Assembly (NCBI GenBank): GCA_035524055.1
Contig: DATKPO010000052.1
Location: 2,040 to 66,039, forward strand
Direction of reading: 5' to 3'
DNA: 64,000 bases
Source: Solirubrobacteraceae bacterium
GTDB taxonomy: Bacteria > Actinomycetota > Thermoleophilia > Solirubrobacterales > Solirubrobacteraceae
Positions within the stretch are counted from its first letter, which is position 1. Each line of letters begins with the position of its first letter. This document shows, piece by piece, positions 1 through 7,956 of the stretch. The position numbers were made by a program, and so were the translations under genes. The notes under the pieces are model-generated. The model had not been told where the DNA came from. It was given only the letters and a program-made list of their open reading frames with translations, and did not search any database.

Positions 1-5
1 CTATG

Positions 6-3000
6 TCACCTGTGCTTGCCGGCCTTGCGGCTGGTGCGCTTGACATGCCTGTGCTTGGTCTTCTTGCGGTGTGTGGCCTTGCGGGCCTTGGGGCAGCCGG
101 TGACGGCGACGGGAGTGCTCTGCTGTAGTTCGGCGCCGTTCTGCGCGACGAAGTGAGTTGGCATCTTCAGCTTGTCTTTGCAGAGGTTGCCGTTGGCTGC
201 AAGCGCCGAGAACGGCCCCTCGGGGAGGTTCAGTTCGAAGCTCCCGATCGGCACGTCGGGGACCTGCTTGAACGTGCTGCTGGTGATCCCGGTCTTGCTG
301 ATGAAGGTATCTCCGACGAGGTGCACGGTGACGCCGTAGCCCTGCAGCACGATGATCAGGTTCGGGAACGATTCGTTGCCGTTGGAGACGAAGTACGCCG
401 GGCCTTCCAGCGGCACCGGGAGAACCGGTGTGAGCGCCTTGGCGTGCCCGACCACCGACGCCGCCGGGCAGCCGGCGGGGTTCGTGTTGAACTGCGCCGC
501 GGTGCACGCCTTCTGCAGCGTCGTCAACCGCGACGGCAGCTTCTTGGGCAGTTCGACCTTCACGCTCTTGATGTTCGACTGGCTGCTGGCCTGGTTGGCG
601 CCCAGTTCCCCGGTCGGGTAGACGATCCTCACACCCAAGCTCGCCCCGTTGGCCCTCGAGGTCTTGCCCGCGGTGAACGCTTTGAAGCTCGGCTTGAACA
701 GCAGCGCCCGGCACGAACCCATCTGGAAGTGGCTTTCGATCGGCGCCTGCGCGCCTTCGCTGCCATACGCGGTCCCGCTGAACGCCTGCGGCTCGCACCC
801 GGTCGGGTTGAACATGAAGCCGGGCCGGTCTACCACCGCGTCGATCGTCCGCAGATCCGTCGGCACACCCGCCACGTACTGCGGCAACGCGTTCGTGGTC
901 ACCGTCAGCTGCGCCGTGAGCTCGTTGACTTCGATCCTCGCTCTGACGCGCTGCGTGGGCAGCGTGAAGGGACCGACGTCGACCGGCACAACGATCGACA
1001 GGCCGTACGGGGCGCCTTCGTAGCCTTCGGTCAGGTAGATCGGCGCCGGCGGCTGCCCCGGTTCGGGGATCTGCAGCGGATACGGGCCCGGCCCGGACGC
1101 CACCACCGTGTGGCCGATCTGCGACGCCGCCGGACACGCGTTGGCTTCGGCCTGCGCGTTGGTGCAGAGCGGCACCCGGCTGATCATGCCCAACAACCCC
1201 TCCGGGGTCTTGAACTGCAGCCGCTCGGTGCGCTGCTGATCGTCGGGCACCTGCAGCAGCAGGCTGAAATCCGTGAACCCCCCGGCCTGATCGGTCGTGG
1301 AGCCCGCGGTCATGGTTGGCGTGTACGGCAGCGCCCCCGGCCCCGGGCACGACGTGCCATCGGTGCCGCTGGTGATCGCGAACTGGGCGGAGGGGAACGC
1401 GTCGGCGACGAACGGGCTCGCCCACGGCGTGAAGTCCGACCTCGCAGTGTAGAGGCCGCACCGGGTGGGCGTCGCGAGCGCCGCCTGCGCGCCGCCGCTG
1501 AACGACAGCTTCAGATGGCTGTACGGGAGCTCGGGAGTCTGTTCGAAGGTCGTCGTCAGCTGGCCGGTCTGTTCGTTGAGGTGCACCGTCCCGACGACCT
1601 TCACGTTGACGCCGTCCGCCGAGGCGGCCAGCAGCAGCTTCAGTTCAGGCGGATCGGACGGCAGCACGTACACGTTGCCGAGCAGTTCCTTTTCCGCGGC
1701 GCTTTCCAGCAGCGGCGTGCGAATCGAGGCCGTGCCGACTTTCGAGGCGTTCGGGCACGACGGCGGGCCGTTGTCTTCTTCGCCTGCCGCCCTTTCCGCT
1801 TCGGTCGTCAACCCGTCCTGCCACGGCTGGCACGCCTGCAGACCGGCCGCCTGACCGGGGTTGATCGCCATCCCTTCCGGCAACGTCACCGTCGTGTTCT
1901 GCACATCGGCCGTGGAGTGCCCTTCCGCGCTTTCCAGACCACCCGTTGGGGGGTTGACTTCCACCGTCAAACCCGCTGGCGTATCCGCATCAGACGTATC
2001 CGGGTCAGTGGTGAAGCTCGGCGCGAAACCAAGGTGTTCACAGCCCGTGACACCAACCGGTTCGCCCTCGCTGTCATGCGACTCATCGACCACCGGCTGG
2101 GTATACGTTTCATCGGTCCATGTGTTCGCACGGATCGAAAACGCCTGCGGACCGCCACACGACGTCGGCAACGTCAAGAACGGCGCCTGATCACCATTCG
2201 CCGTCGGACAGTTACCCGTACCGATTTCTTCCGGTGAACAGCCTTCCGTCGAGTTGTTGCGCCAACGGTTGTGACTGGGATCTCCCGGGACGCCCCACAG
2301 GGTGAGCACGTTCGCTGCTATTTCGCGCTCCGGCGTGTCGTCTACATCGGTAGTTATCCCATAGTCAGAGCCGGACCGGACACCCGACGTGAGGAACGTA
2401 TCGACGCCGGCGATCGCGAACGCGAACTCCGCCGAAACGCCTGGCGGCGGGACCATGTTGTACACGGGAAAGCGAAACACTAGAGCGCCGCCGATCAGCG
2501 CAACGTCGTCGAAGCCTATCTGTGATTCCGGCTTACAGACTTCCTTTTCCTCGAATTCTCGTAGGGTACATTGAGCCACAGCATTTGGATTACCGACGAA
2601 TCCGGGCGGCAATCTCACTTCAATGTTGCGTACCTGACCGCCCGCAGGCGTAAATCTCGGCGATTCCGCCAAGGGGACGGAGTTGAGCGTAAAGCTGAAC
2701 GTCGCGGCGTAGGGGTGCGATCCGGCCTGGGTATCGATCGTACCGTTTTCGTTGCTGAACCACACATCCCACTCCGAAAAACCAAACGGCGGTACCGCAG
2801 AACTGATCGTGATAGGCTCGGTCGTGCTCGCGGGCGTCGATGCGCCGCCGCCCGCCACCGTTGCATGGCTGAGCTCGTGTTCGGCGGCCCCCGGCAGCGC
2901 CCTCACTTCGATCGCGATCTGCGGTGTGAAGTTTGTGTGATTGCCTTCTCCGCCAGAACCGCCTGCGCCACCGGCGAAATGAGGCATTCTCGCAAGGTTA

Positions 3001-3368
3001 GCGGCACACTTGACGACTATCTTGCCGGTGCACACCCACAGCTGATGACCGATGCTGGTGCCGTTATTGAGTACGGCATCATTACCCTCAAGGTCGCCGG
3101 CTTCGATGGCTTCGAGCCCAGGCGGAAGAGTGTCGGTGACAGTCACCGGACCCTGGCTGTCGGCGGCGCCAACGTTGAAGATCTGCAAGTCTATCACGGC
3201 TTTTCCCGCCGGAGGGATGTAAGCCGGATAACTGCGCCCTGTGATCACCCAGCCCGGTCCCGCTTCGGCGCGCGCCGAAGCGTTAAATACTCCCCATACA
3301 ATTCCGACCAGCGCGAGAAAGACGATCAATTTCGCGATGAACCGATATTCTGCCTTCTCGACGCTCAT
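6..3368 (-). CDS. Large secreted/surface protein of unknown function (1120 aa): DUF11-like N-terminal part, four Cys-containing repeat modules, basic C-terminal tail
   Basis: Signal peptide (IAKLIVFLALVGIVWGVFNASARA); 'PVTVTDTLPPGL' DUF11-like motif; four LPxG..C..CPxxSxxG modules; K/R/H-rich tail; ATGA overlap with the upstream gene. Confidence 0.85.
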   Translation of the reverse strand: MSVEKAEYRFIAKLIVFLALVGIVWGVFNASARAEAGPGWVITGRSYPAYIPPAGKAVIDLQIFNVGAADSQGPVTVTDTLPPGLEAIEAGDLEGNDAVLNNGTSIGHQLWVCTGKIVVKCAANLARMPHFAGGAGGSGGEGNHTNFTPQIAIEVRALPGAAEHELSHATVAGGGASTPASTTEPITISSAVPPFGFSEWDVWFSNENGTIDTQAGSHPYAATFSFTLNSVPLAESPRFTPAGGQVRNIEVRLPPGFVGNPNAVAQCTLREFEEKEVCKPESQIGFDDVALIGGALVFRFPVYNMVPPPGVSAEFAFAIAGVDTFLTSGVRSGSDYGITTDVDDTPEREIAANVLTLWGVPGDPSHNRWRNNSTEGCSPEEIGTGNCPTANGDQAPFLTLPTSCGGPQAFSIRANTWTDETYTQPVVDESHDSEGEPVGVTGCEHLGFAPSFTTDPDTSDADTPAGLTVEVNPPTGGLESAEGHSTADVQNTTVTLPEGMAINPGQAAGLQACQPWQDGLTTEAERAAGEEDNGPPSCPNASKVGTASIRTPLLESAAEKELLGNVYVLPSDPPELKLLLAASADGVNVKVVGTVHLNEQTGQLTTTFEQTPELPYSHLKLSFSGGAQAALATPTRCGLYTARSDFTPWASPFVADAFPSAQFAITSGTDGTSCPGPGALPYTPTMTAGSTTDQAGGFTDFSLLLQVPDDQQRTERLQFKTPEGLLGMISRVPLCTNAQAEANACPAASQIGHTVVASGPGPYPLQIPEPGQPPAPIYLTEGYEGAPYGLSIVVPVDVGPFTLPTQRVRARIEVNELTAQLTVTTNALPQYVAGVPTDLRTIDAVVDRPGFMFNPTGCEPQAFSGTAYGSEGAQAPIESHFQMGSCRALLFKPSFKAFTAGKTSRANGASLGVRIVYPTGELGANQASSQSNIKSVKVELPKKLPSRLTTLQKACTAAQFNTNPAGCPAASVVGHAKALTPVLPVPLEGPAYFVSNGNESFPNLIIVLQGYGVTVHLVGDTFISKTGITSSTFKQVPDVPIGSFELNLPEGPFSALAANGNLCKDKLKMPTHFVAQNGAELQQSTPVAVTGCPKARKATHRKKTKHRHVKRTSRKAGKHR

Positions 3369-6208
3369 TGCTTGCCCCTCTTCGTCGTCCGTGAATATCT
3401 CTTTCTCGTCCGCTTCTCACAAGTAGCGCGTATGCGCCTGGGCTTTCGTCGACACGCGCGCAACGCCTTGGCGAGTTTTGCCGCATCAGACTCGACGACC
3501 GAACCGCGTTTGGACGTTACTCCCTTTTTGGCCGTGATGGGCACAAAGTTCCCTACCCCGGCGAACGTCGCGCTTGCGGGCGTCGCGAAGGCTGGCGGCA
3601 CAGACGGCAATCCCTGACACCCCGTGCCGGTACATGCCGTCGACAGTTCCGGAAAACCGCCGTCCACGCGCACGTCGTAGAGCTTGACTTCTTCTCCTCC
3701 TGCATTCAAGGTGAAGTCTGCGCGACTCGCTATGAACACATCGTCGCCGTTTGTGCTGGCATCAAGGAAGAGCGACCGACTGGTGCTCGTGCCACCCGAG
3801 AGCACGTACAGGCAGCCCGCGGCCTGCCGACAACTCCCCGTGCCCTCGCGCTCCCACTCGTACGCGTTCCCCCTGCCGTCGGTGACCTGCGGCAGCAGCG
3901 CTTCCTCGGAATCGAAGAACGCGCGGTCGCCGTCTTCGGAGAGCCAGCGCAGCATGTAGACGCTGCCGGTGCTGTTGCTCACGGGGGTCTCCCAGCTGTA
4001 TTGTACGCTCGCACCGGTGCCGACGGGCTCACCTGCTGGGTTGCACGAGGCGCAGGTCAGTTCTCTGCTGTCTGCATTGTAGACGTACAGCTCCGATACG
4101 TGCCGATCGTCATGGCCGGTGAGGTTGGCAGTCGAGGTGAAGCCGACGGCGTGTCCGTCGGGCGCGACCTCGGCCAATCGCAGGCCTGGATTATGTGTCC
4201 AATCGCCCCACGCGAACCCATTGTTCAAAGGTTCGCCGAGGTTGTCGTCGCCGGGCGCGAGGGTCGCTATGAACGCCGTCATGCCCTGCCTGCTCAAATA
4301 CAAATTCGGCAGGCCTGCGCTGGCTTTGTCGCCCTCGGCGTTCGCGTTGTGGGCGAGCACGCCGCCGGCGACGAAGTAGACGAATTCCCCTTCTTCGCCC
4401 GTTTCGTTGACCCCGATCACTCCTTGCACCGCCGTCCCCGCGCCCGTCACGGCTTCACGGGATTCAACCAAAGCTTCGGCTTCGGGTGCGTCGCTCTGAA
4501 CGAAACGAGCGACGTTGAATCGCCATAGCCGGGCTGCGGCACCCTGCCCTTCGGTGTAGAAGACGAACCTGCCGTTGTATGTAGCCGTCCAATATTCGGC
4601 TTCGCCCGCGGATATCGGTACCGTCCTTGTCGCATCTTCGCGCATGTATATTCGATGCGTGTTCAGATCGGTCCAGAAGATGCGGGAGCCGTCGGCTGAG
4701 ATGACGTTGCTGTACGCTGGCTCGTTGTTTACCCCGTCGTTTGCCGCTTCGGTTTCATTGCGTGGCCCGCCGAACACTGCACTTGGATCGGGGGCTGGGT
4801 TGGGACCGGGCAGAACGTTGACCAACTGCACGTGCCCGCCAACGGAATCGTAGAGATTGCCGATGTCTTCGCTCGGCACAGCTCCGGATGTCAGCGCCGC
4901 GTTGCTCTGGAAAAGCACGTTGGAGTAGTCGGCCGACGCTCCGGCGAAGATGAAGGCTACACCGCAGGGACTCTGCGACGGGGCTTCTGGAAGCAGCGGA
5001 TGCAGGTGGCCGTCACTGGTTCGCAGATCCATCGTGTCGCACGGCCCTCCACCGGAGATTTCGTTGGGTCCCATGTTTTGCACGACGGCCGCGGAAAGAT
5101 CGCTCGAGAACCCGGAGTATTCAGCTTCAAGCGGAGCGCCGGCCGGTGTGATCGCTTCCGCCACCCAGCCTTGCGGCGTGCGCGTGGCCAAGAACTGATC
5201 GCCGTATCCCTGGGCGCCGTTGCCCCCCTCGAACGGCGGTTCGGCAACGTACGCCATCGCGTTGCCTTCGGCGGAGGCGCGAAAGGCCCTAAAGGTGAAG
5301 GGATCTTCATTCACGGTAGGAGGATCTGGGTAGAGGACGTCGCGCGCCTTGGCCGTCGACACCAACTCGTAAGCGCGGTTGTCGGGCAGGGCGGACGCGC
5401 TCGACCCCGAGGCCGCGCTAGTGGTGAACGTCGCATCTTCACCGGTAGCGGTTCCTTCGGAGCTCTTGGCGAGGAAGCGATAGTGATACCCGCTACTTGA
5501 CAGCAGGCCGTTCACCCGCACGGCGACTTTCACCGGGGTACTCGCCGCGCCGGCATCCGCTTCAGCTGAGCCGGAAACGGGCACCTCGCTTGCGCCGGCG
5601 AAGCCAGAGGCTTCGAATTGAGTGTCGCTGACGTATTGCAGTCGATAGCCGGTCGGCGTGCCACCGTCTTGGATCGCGGCCACCAGGGTCGCTTCGGCGG
5701 AGCCGACTTCGTTAGCCGTCTCACTGCCGGCAACGATCGTGGGGGCTTGAGTGAGCGTCGTGAACGTCACCGTAGATCCGTAGATCCATTCGCCGTTGTG
5801 AACTATCGCGAGGCAGAATGCATATTCTGCACCGGGATCGAGATCGCTCAACTTCACTGAAACCCTCTGTTTAGGCAGGTCTGGGACCGCTTCAACTTCG
5901 CGTTCCGGAGTCGCCAGATAGCTGCCGCCTTGGCATTCACTTGTCTGGCTGTTGTAGAAGAAGGAATAAACTCCGCCCGGTTCCGCGGGCGGCGCTGTGG
6001 CGTTTGGAGCGAGTACGCCTTCGATCGTGGCGGTGGTGGCCGTGATTTCGCTGGCCTGCCCGGTTTCAGGTGTTTCCACGGCAGCGGCAGCGAGTTCCGC
6101 TGTGCACAGCGATCCGCACAGCGCCGCCAGGCACAGACCGAGCACGGCGACGACACGAAGAGCACCGGTGGTCGACCACCGGGCGCCAGGACGGACGCGG
6201 GTACTCAT
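3365..6208 (-). CDS. Large secreted protein (947 aa): two Fn3-like domains, probable beta-propeller, Cys-paired basic tail
   Basis: Signal peptide; Fn3-like ends 'LDPGAEYAFCL' and 'LLSSSGYHYRF'; propeller-type blade motifs 'ASAEGN', 'ISADGSRIFW', 'APDGHAVGF', 'LSEDGDRAFF', 'ASTNGDDVF'; GGAGG RBS; ATGA overlaps at both ends. Confidence 0.85.
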   Translation of the reverse strand: MSTRVRPGARWSTTGALRVVAVLGLCLAALCGSLCTAELAAAAVETPETGQASEITATTATIEGVLAPNATAPPAEPGGVYSFFYNSQTSECQGGSYLATPEREVEAVPDLPKQRVSVKLSDLDPGAEYAFCLAIVHNGEWIYGSTVTFTTLTQAPTIVAGSETANEVGSAEATLVAAIQDGGTPTGYRLQYVSDTQFEASGFAGASEVPVSGSAEADAGAASTPVKVAVRVNGLLSSSGYHYRFLAKSSEGTATGEDATFTTSAASGSSASALPDNRAYELVSTAKARDVLYPDPPTVNEDPFTFRAFRASAEGNAMAYVAEPPFEGGNGAQGYGDQFLATRTPQGWVAEAITPAGAPLEAEYSGFSSDLSAAVVQNMGPNEISGGGPCDTMDLRTSDGHLHPLLPEAPSQSPCGVAFIFAGASADYSNVLFQSNAALTSGAVPSEDIGNLYDSVGGHVQLVNVLPGPNPAPDPSAVFGGPRNETEAANDGVNNEPAYSNVISADGSRIFWTDLNTHRIYMREDATRTVPISAGEAEYWTATYNGRFVFYTEGQGAAARLWRFNVARFVQSDAPEAEALVESREAVTGAGTAVQGVIGVNETGEEGEFVYFVAGGVLAHNANAEGDKASAGLPNLYLSRQGMTAFIATLAPGDDNLGEPLNNGFAWGDWTHNPGLRLAEVAPDGHAVGFTSTANLTGHDDRHVSELYVYNADSRELTCASCNPAGEPVGTGASVQYSWETPVSNSTGSVYMLRWLSEDGDRAFFDSEEALLPQVTDGRGNAYEWEREGTGSCRQAAGCLYVLSGGTSTSRSLFLDASTNGDDVFIASRADFTLNAGGEEVKLYDVRVDGGFPELSTACTGTGCQGLPSVPPAFATPASATFAGVGNFVPITAKKGVTSKRGSVVESDAAKLAKALRACRRKPRRIRATCEKRTRKRYSRTTKRGKQ

Positions 6209-7440
6209 AGAGACTTCCTCCCCTCGGTATACGCAGGGGAGCGGCGTCCCTCGCGACGTGATGGATGCTTTTTGCCTACGCCTGCACTGGGCGCCCGACC
6301 GCCGGCGGCGGACGCGTTGGTGGTGTTGCCGACGGCAGTCTGGGTGGGCGCGTGCGCGCGGATGTTCTCGGCGACGAGCGCGCCCTTGGCGGTGAGCGTC
6401 CAGGCGTTGGGCTCACCCTTGACGCGCGCGCCGTCATTGGCCAGCAGACCGAGGCGCTGCAGCCGCGCGAGCAGCTTGGATACCTGTCCGGGGTCGGCGA
6501 TCCCCGCCCGCTCGCCGGCCGCGCGGTTGCTCGCTCCGGGGTGTTCGGCGACGCCTTCGAGCACGCGCATGGTGCGGTAGGTGAGGCGCATCTGCACGCC
6601 GCCGAGCGGATCGACGACGCCGTCGCCCGAACCACGGTCGGCCCGTCCCAGCTCTGCCGGCGGCAGCGGTGGTGTGTTCCGCGCCCGCTCGCGCCGCGCC
6701 GCGGCGGCGCCGAGATAGGGCAGCGCGATCAGCCCCATGAGCTGCCCCAGCAGGTCGGTGAGCGGCGCGCGCTCGCGGCGCGCCAGGCGGGCGTAGACGA
6801 TCCCGAAGATCGCGCCCACCAGACCCTCGGCGACCAGCGGCGTGCAGTCGGCGCCGGCCGTGCCCTGCGCGCGACCTTCGTCGAGCACGGCTGCGAGCCG
6901 GGCGAGGACCCGCTCGCGGACCGCCAGCACCGGCGCCCCGCCGCGCAGCGCCTGCACCACGCAGACCCGCGCGAGCGCGGGCTCGCGATCGAGGTGCGCC
7001 AGGATGATCTGCAGCCCGCCGCGGACTCGCTCGCGCCAGGGCTCGCCGCCCAATTCCGCGGCCGCGATCTGCGTCTCGAGCGCGGCGACCGTCTCATCGA
7101 TCAAAGCGACGACACACGCGTCGCGGTTCTCGAACAACTCGTAGAACGTGCGCCGCGAGATCCGCGCCCGGGCCGTGATGTGCGAGACCGTGGTGCGCGC
7201 GTAGCCGTGCTCCTCGATCGCGCCCACCGCGCCGGCCAGCAGCCGCGCCCGCTGGATCTGCGGTATCTGCTGCTGCTGCTCGGGCCCGGCGGAGACGACG
7301 GCCATCCGCGAGGTCGCCGGCTCCGTGCGCGGGCGCGCGACCCGCCGCCGGCGGTCCGAGGACAGCCCACCGGCGGCGCCGGCACGTACGGCTCGTGCCG
7401 TGCGGGGCGCGCCCGCCGTCCGTGCCGCGAACTCCGTCAC
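6205..7440 (-). CDS. TetR/AcrR-family regulator with an additional C-terminal winged HTH
   Basis: TetR HTH 'GYARTTVSHITARARISRRTFYELFENR'; C-terminal 'RLTYRT..HPGASNR..GQVSKLLARL..PNAWTLT'. Start uncertain (7455 TTG, 7440 GTG or 7305 ATG). Confidence 0.85.
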   Translation of the reverse strand: MTEFAARTAGAPRTARAVRAGAAGGLSSDRRRRVARPRTEPATSRMAVVSAGPEQQQQIPQIQRARLLAGAVGAIEEHGYARTTVSHITARARISRRTFYELFENRDACVVALIDETVAALETQIAAAELGGEPWRERVRGGLQIILAHLDREPALARVCVVQALRGGAPVLAVRERVLARLAAVLDEGRAQGTAGADCTPLVAEGLVGAIFGIVYARLARRERAPLTDLLGQLMGLIALPYLGAAAARRERARNTPPLPPAELGRADRGSGDGVVDPLGGVQMRLTYRTMRVLEGVAEHPGASNRAAGERAGIADPGQVSKLLARLQRLGLLANDGARVKGEPNAWTLTAKGALVAENIRAHAPTQTAVGNTTNASAAGGRAPSAGVGKKHPSRREGRRSPAYTEGRKSL

Positions 7441-7531
7441 GGAGCCCCCAGGCAAGCCGCCAGAGCACCGGGACCCACCGCGACGGGCGTGTCGCGGGCA
7501 GGAGAGCCGTCGGCCGCCGGGCGGGACCGGC

Positions 7532-7655
7532 GGATGCCGCTAGCGGCTAGATGCCAGAGGCAAGAGAGAGAGAGAGAGAGAGAGATGCGTCAGGCTGCTG
7601 ACGCATCTAGCTTCACGACCCTCGCGGGTCGCGTGCATCCCCACCACGCATCTCC
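7532..7655 (-). promoter_or_regulatory. Structured 5' leader / candidate attenuator
   Basis: On the minus strand: CGACCC-GCGA-GGGTCG tetraloop hairpin, then an 11-bp hairpin AGATGCGTCAG-cagc-CTGACGCATCT followed by the (CT)11 tract; alternative pairings are available. Confidence 0.5.
7563..7584. repeat. (AG)11 dinucleotide microsatellite
   Basis: Directly visible in the sequence. Confidence 0.95.
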
Positions 7656-7819
7656 CTGCAGAAACCACGCTAACCAAGCTCCCTCATTGGAAAAAACGAC
7701 CCAGCCCTCTCCCGATAAGCCCCCCGTCAAGCGCTGACGAAGGTCGACCTCGGGGCACACCCAAAACCAGACCCTATGTACCGTCTGCCGACCAGACGAC
7801 CGCCGACACGACTCCAGCA

Positions 7820-7849
7820 ACTATAAGCGATCCCGTTACGGTTTGTCAA
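7820..7849 (-). promoter_or_regulatory. Sigma70/SigA-type promoter for the regulator-surface protein operon
   Basis: TTGACA (7849-7844), 18-nt spacer, TATAGT (7825-7820). Confidence 0.7.
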
Positions 7850-7956
7850 GGGCAACACGGATATTGACCCTTTCCTGTAGACAAGCCCCCAGCTGGCGCC
7901 TGACCCCGGGACGGCACGCTCACGCGCCTGCCGGCGCGCTAGCCTGACTCGCCGCG

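Noticed and set aside
7600-7650. c-di-GMP-I or SAM riboswitch
   Set aside because: A GNRA hairpin is present, but I could not find the conserved cores (GCAAA..GACGCAAAG, or GGCAACC-type motifs). Kept only as an unknown structured leader.
7842-7872. BirA operator
   Set aside because: Weak match to TGTtAAC-N14/16-GTTaACA, and about 10 kb from the bio genes.
1-7900. Mobile element, prophage or diversity-generating retroelement behind the lower-GC region
   Set aside because: No integrase, transposase, reverse transcriptase, phage genes or template/variable repeat pair seen in the window.
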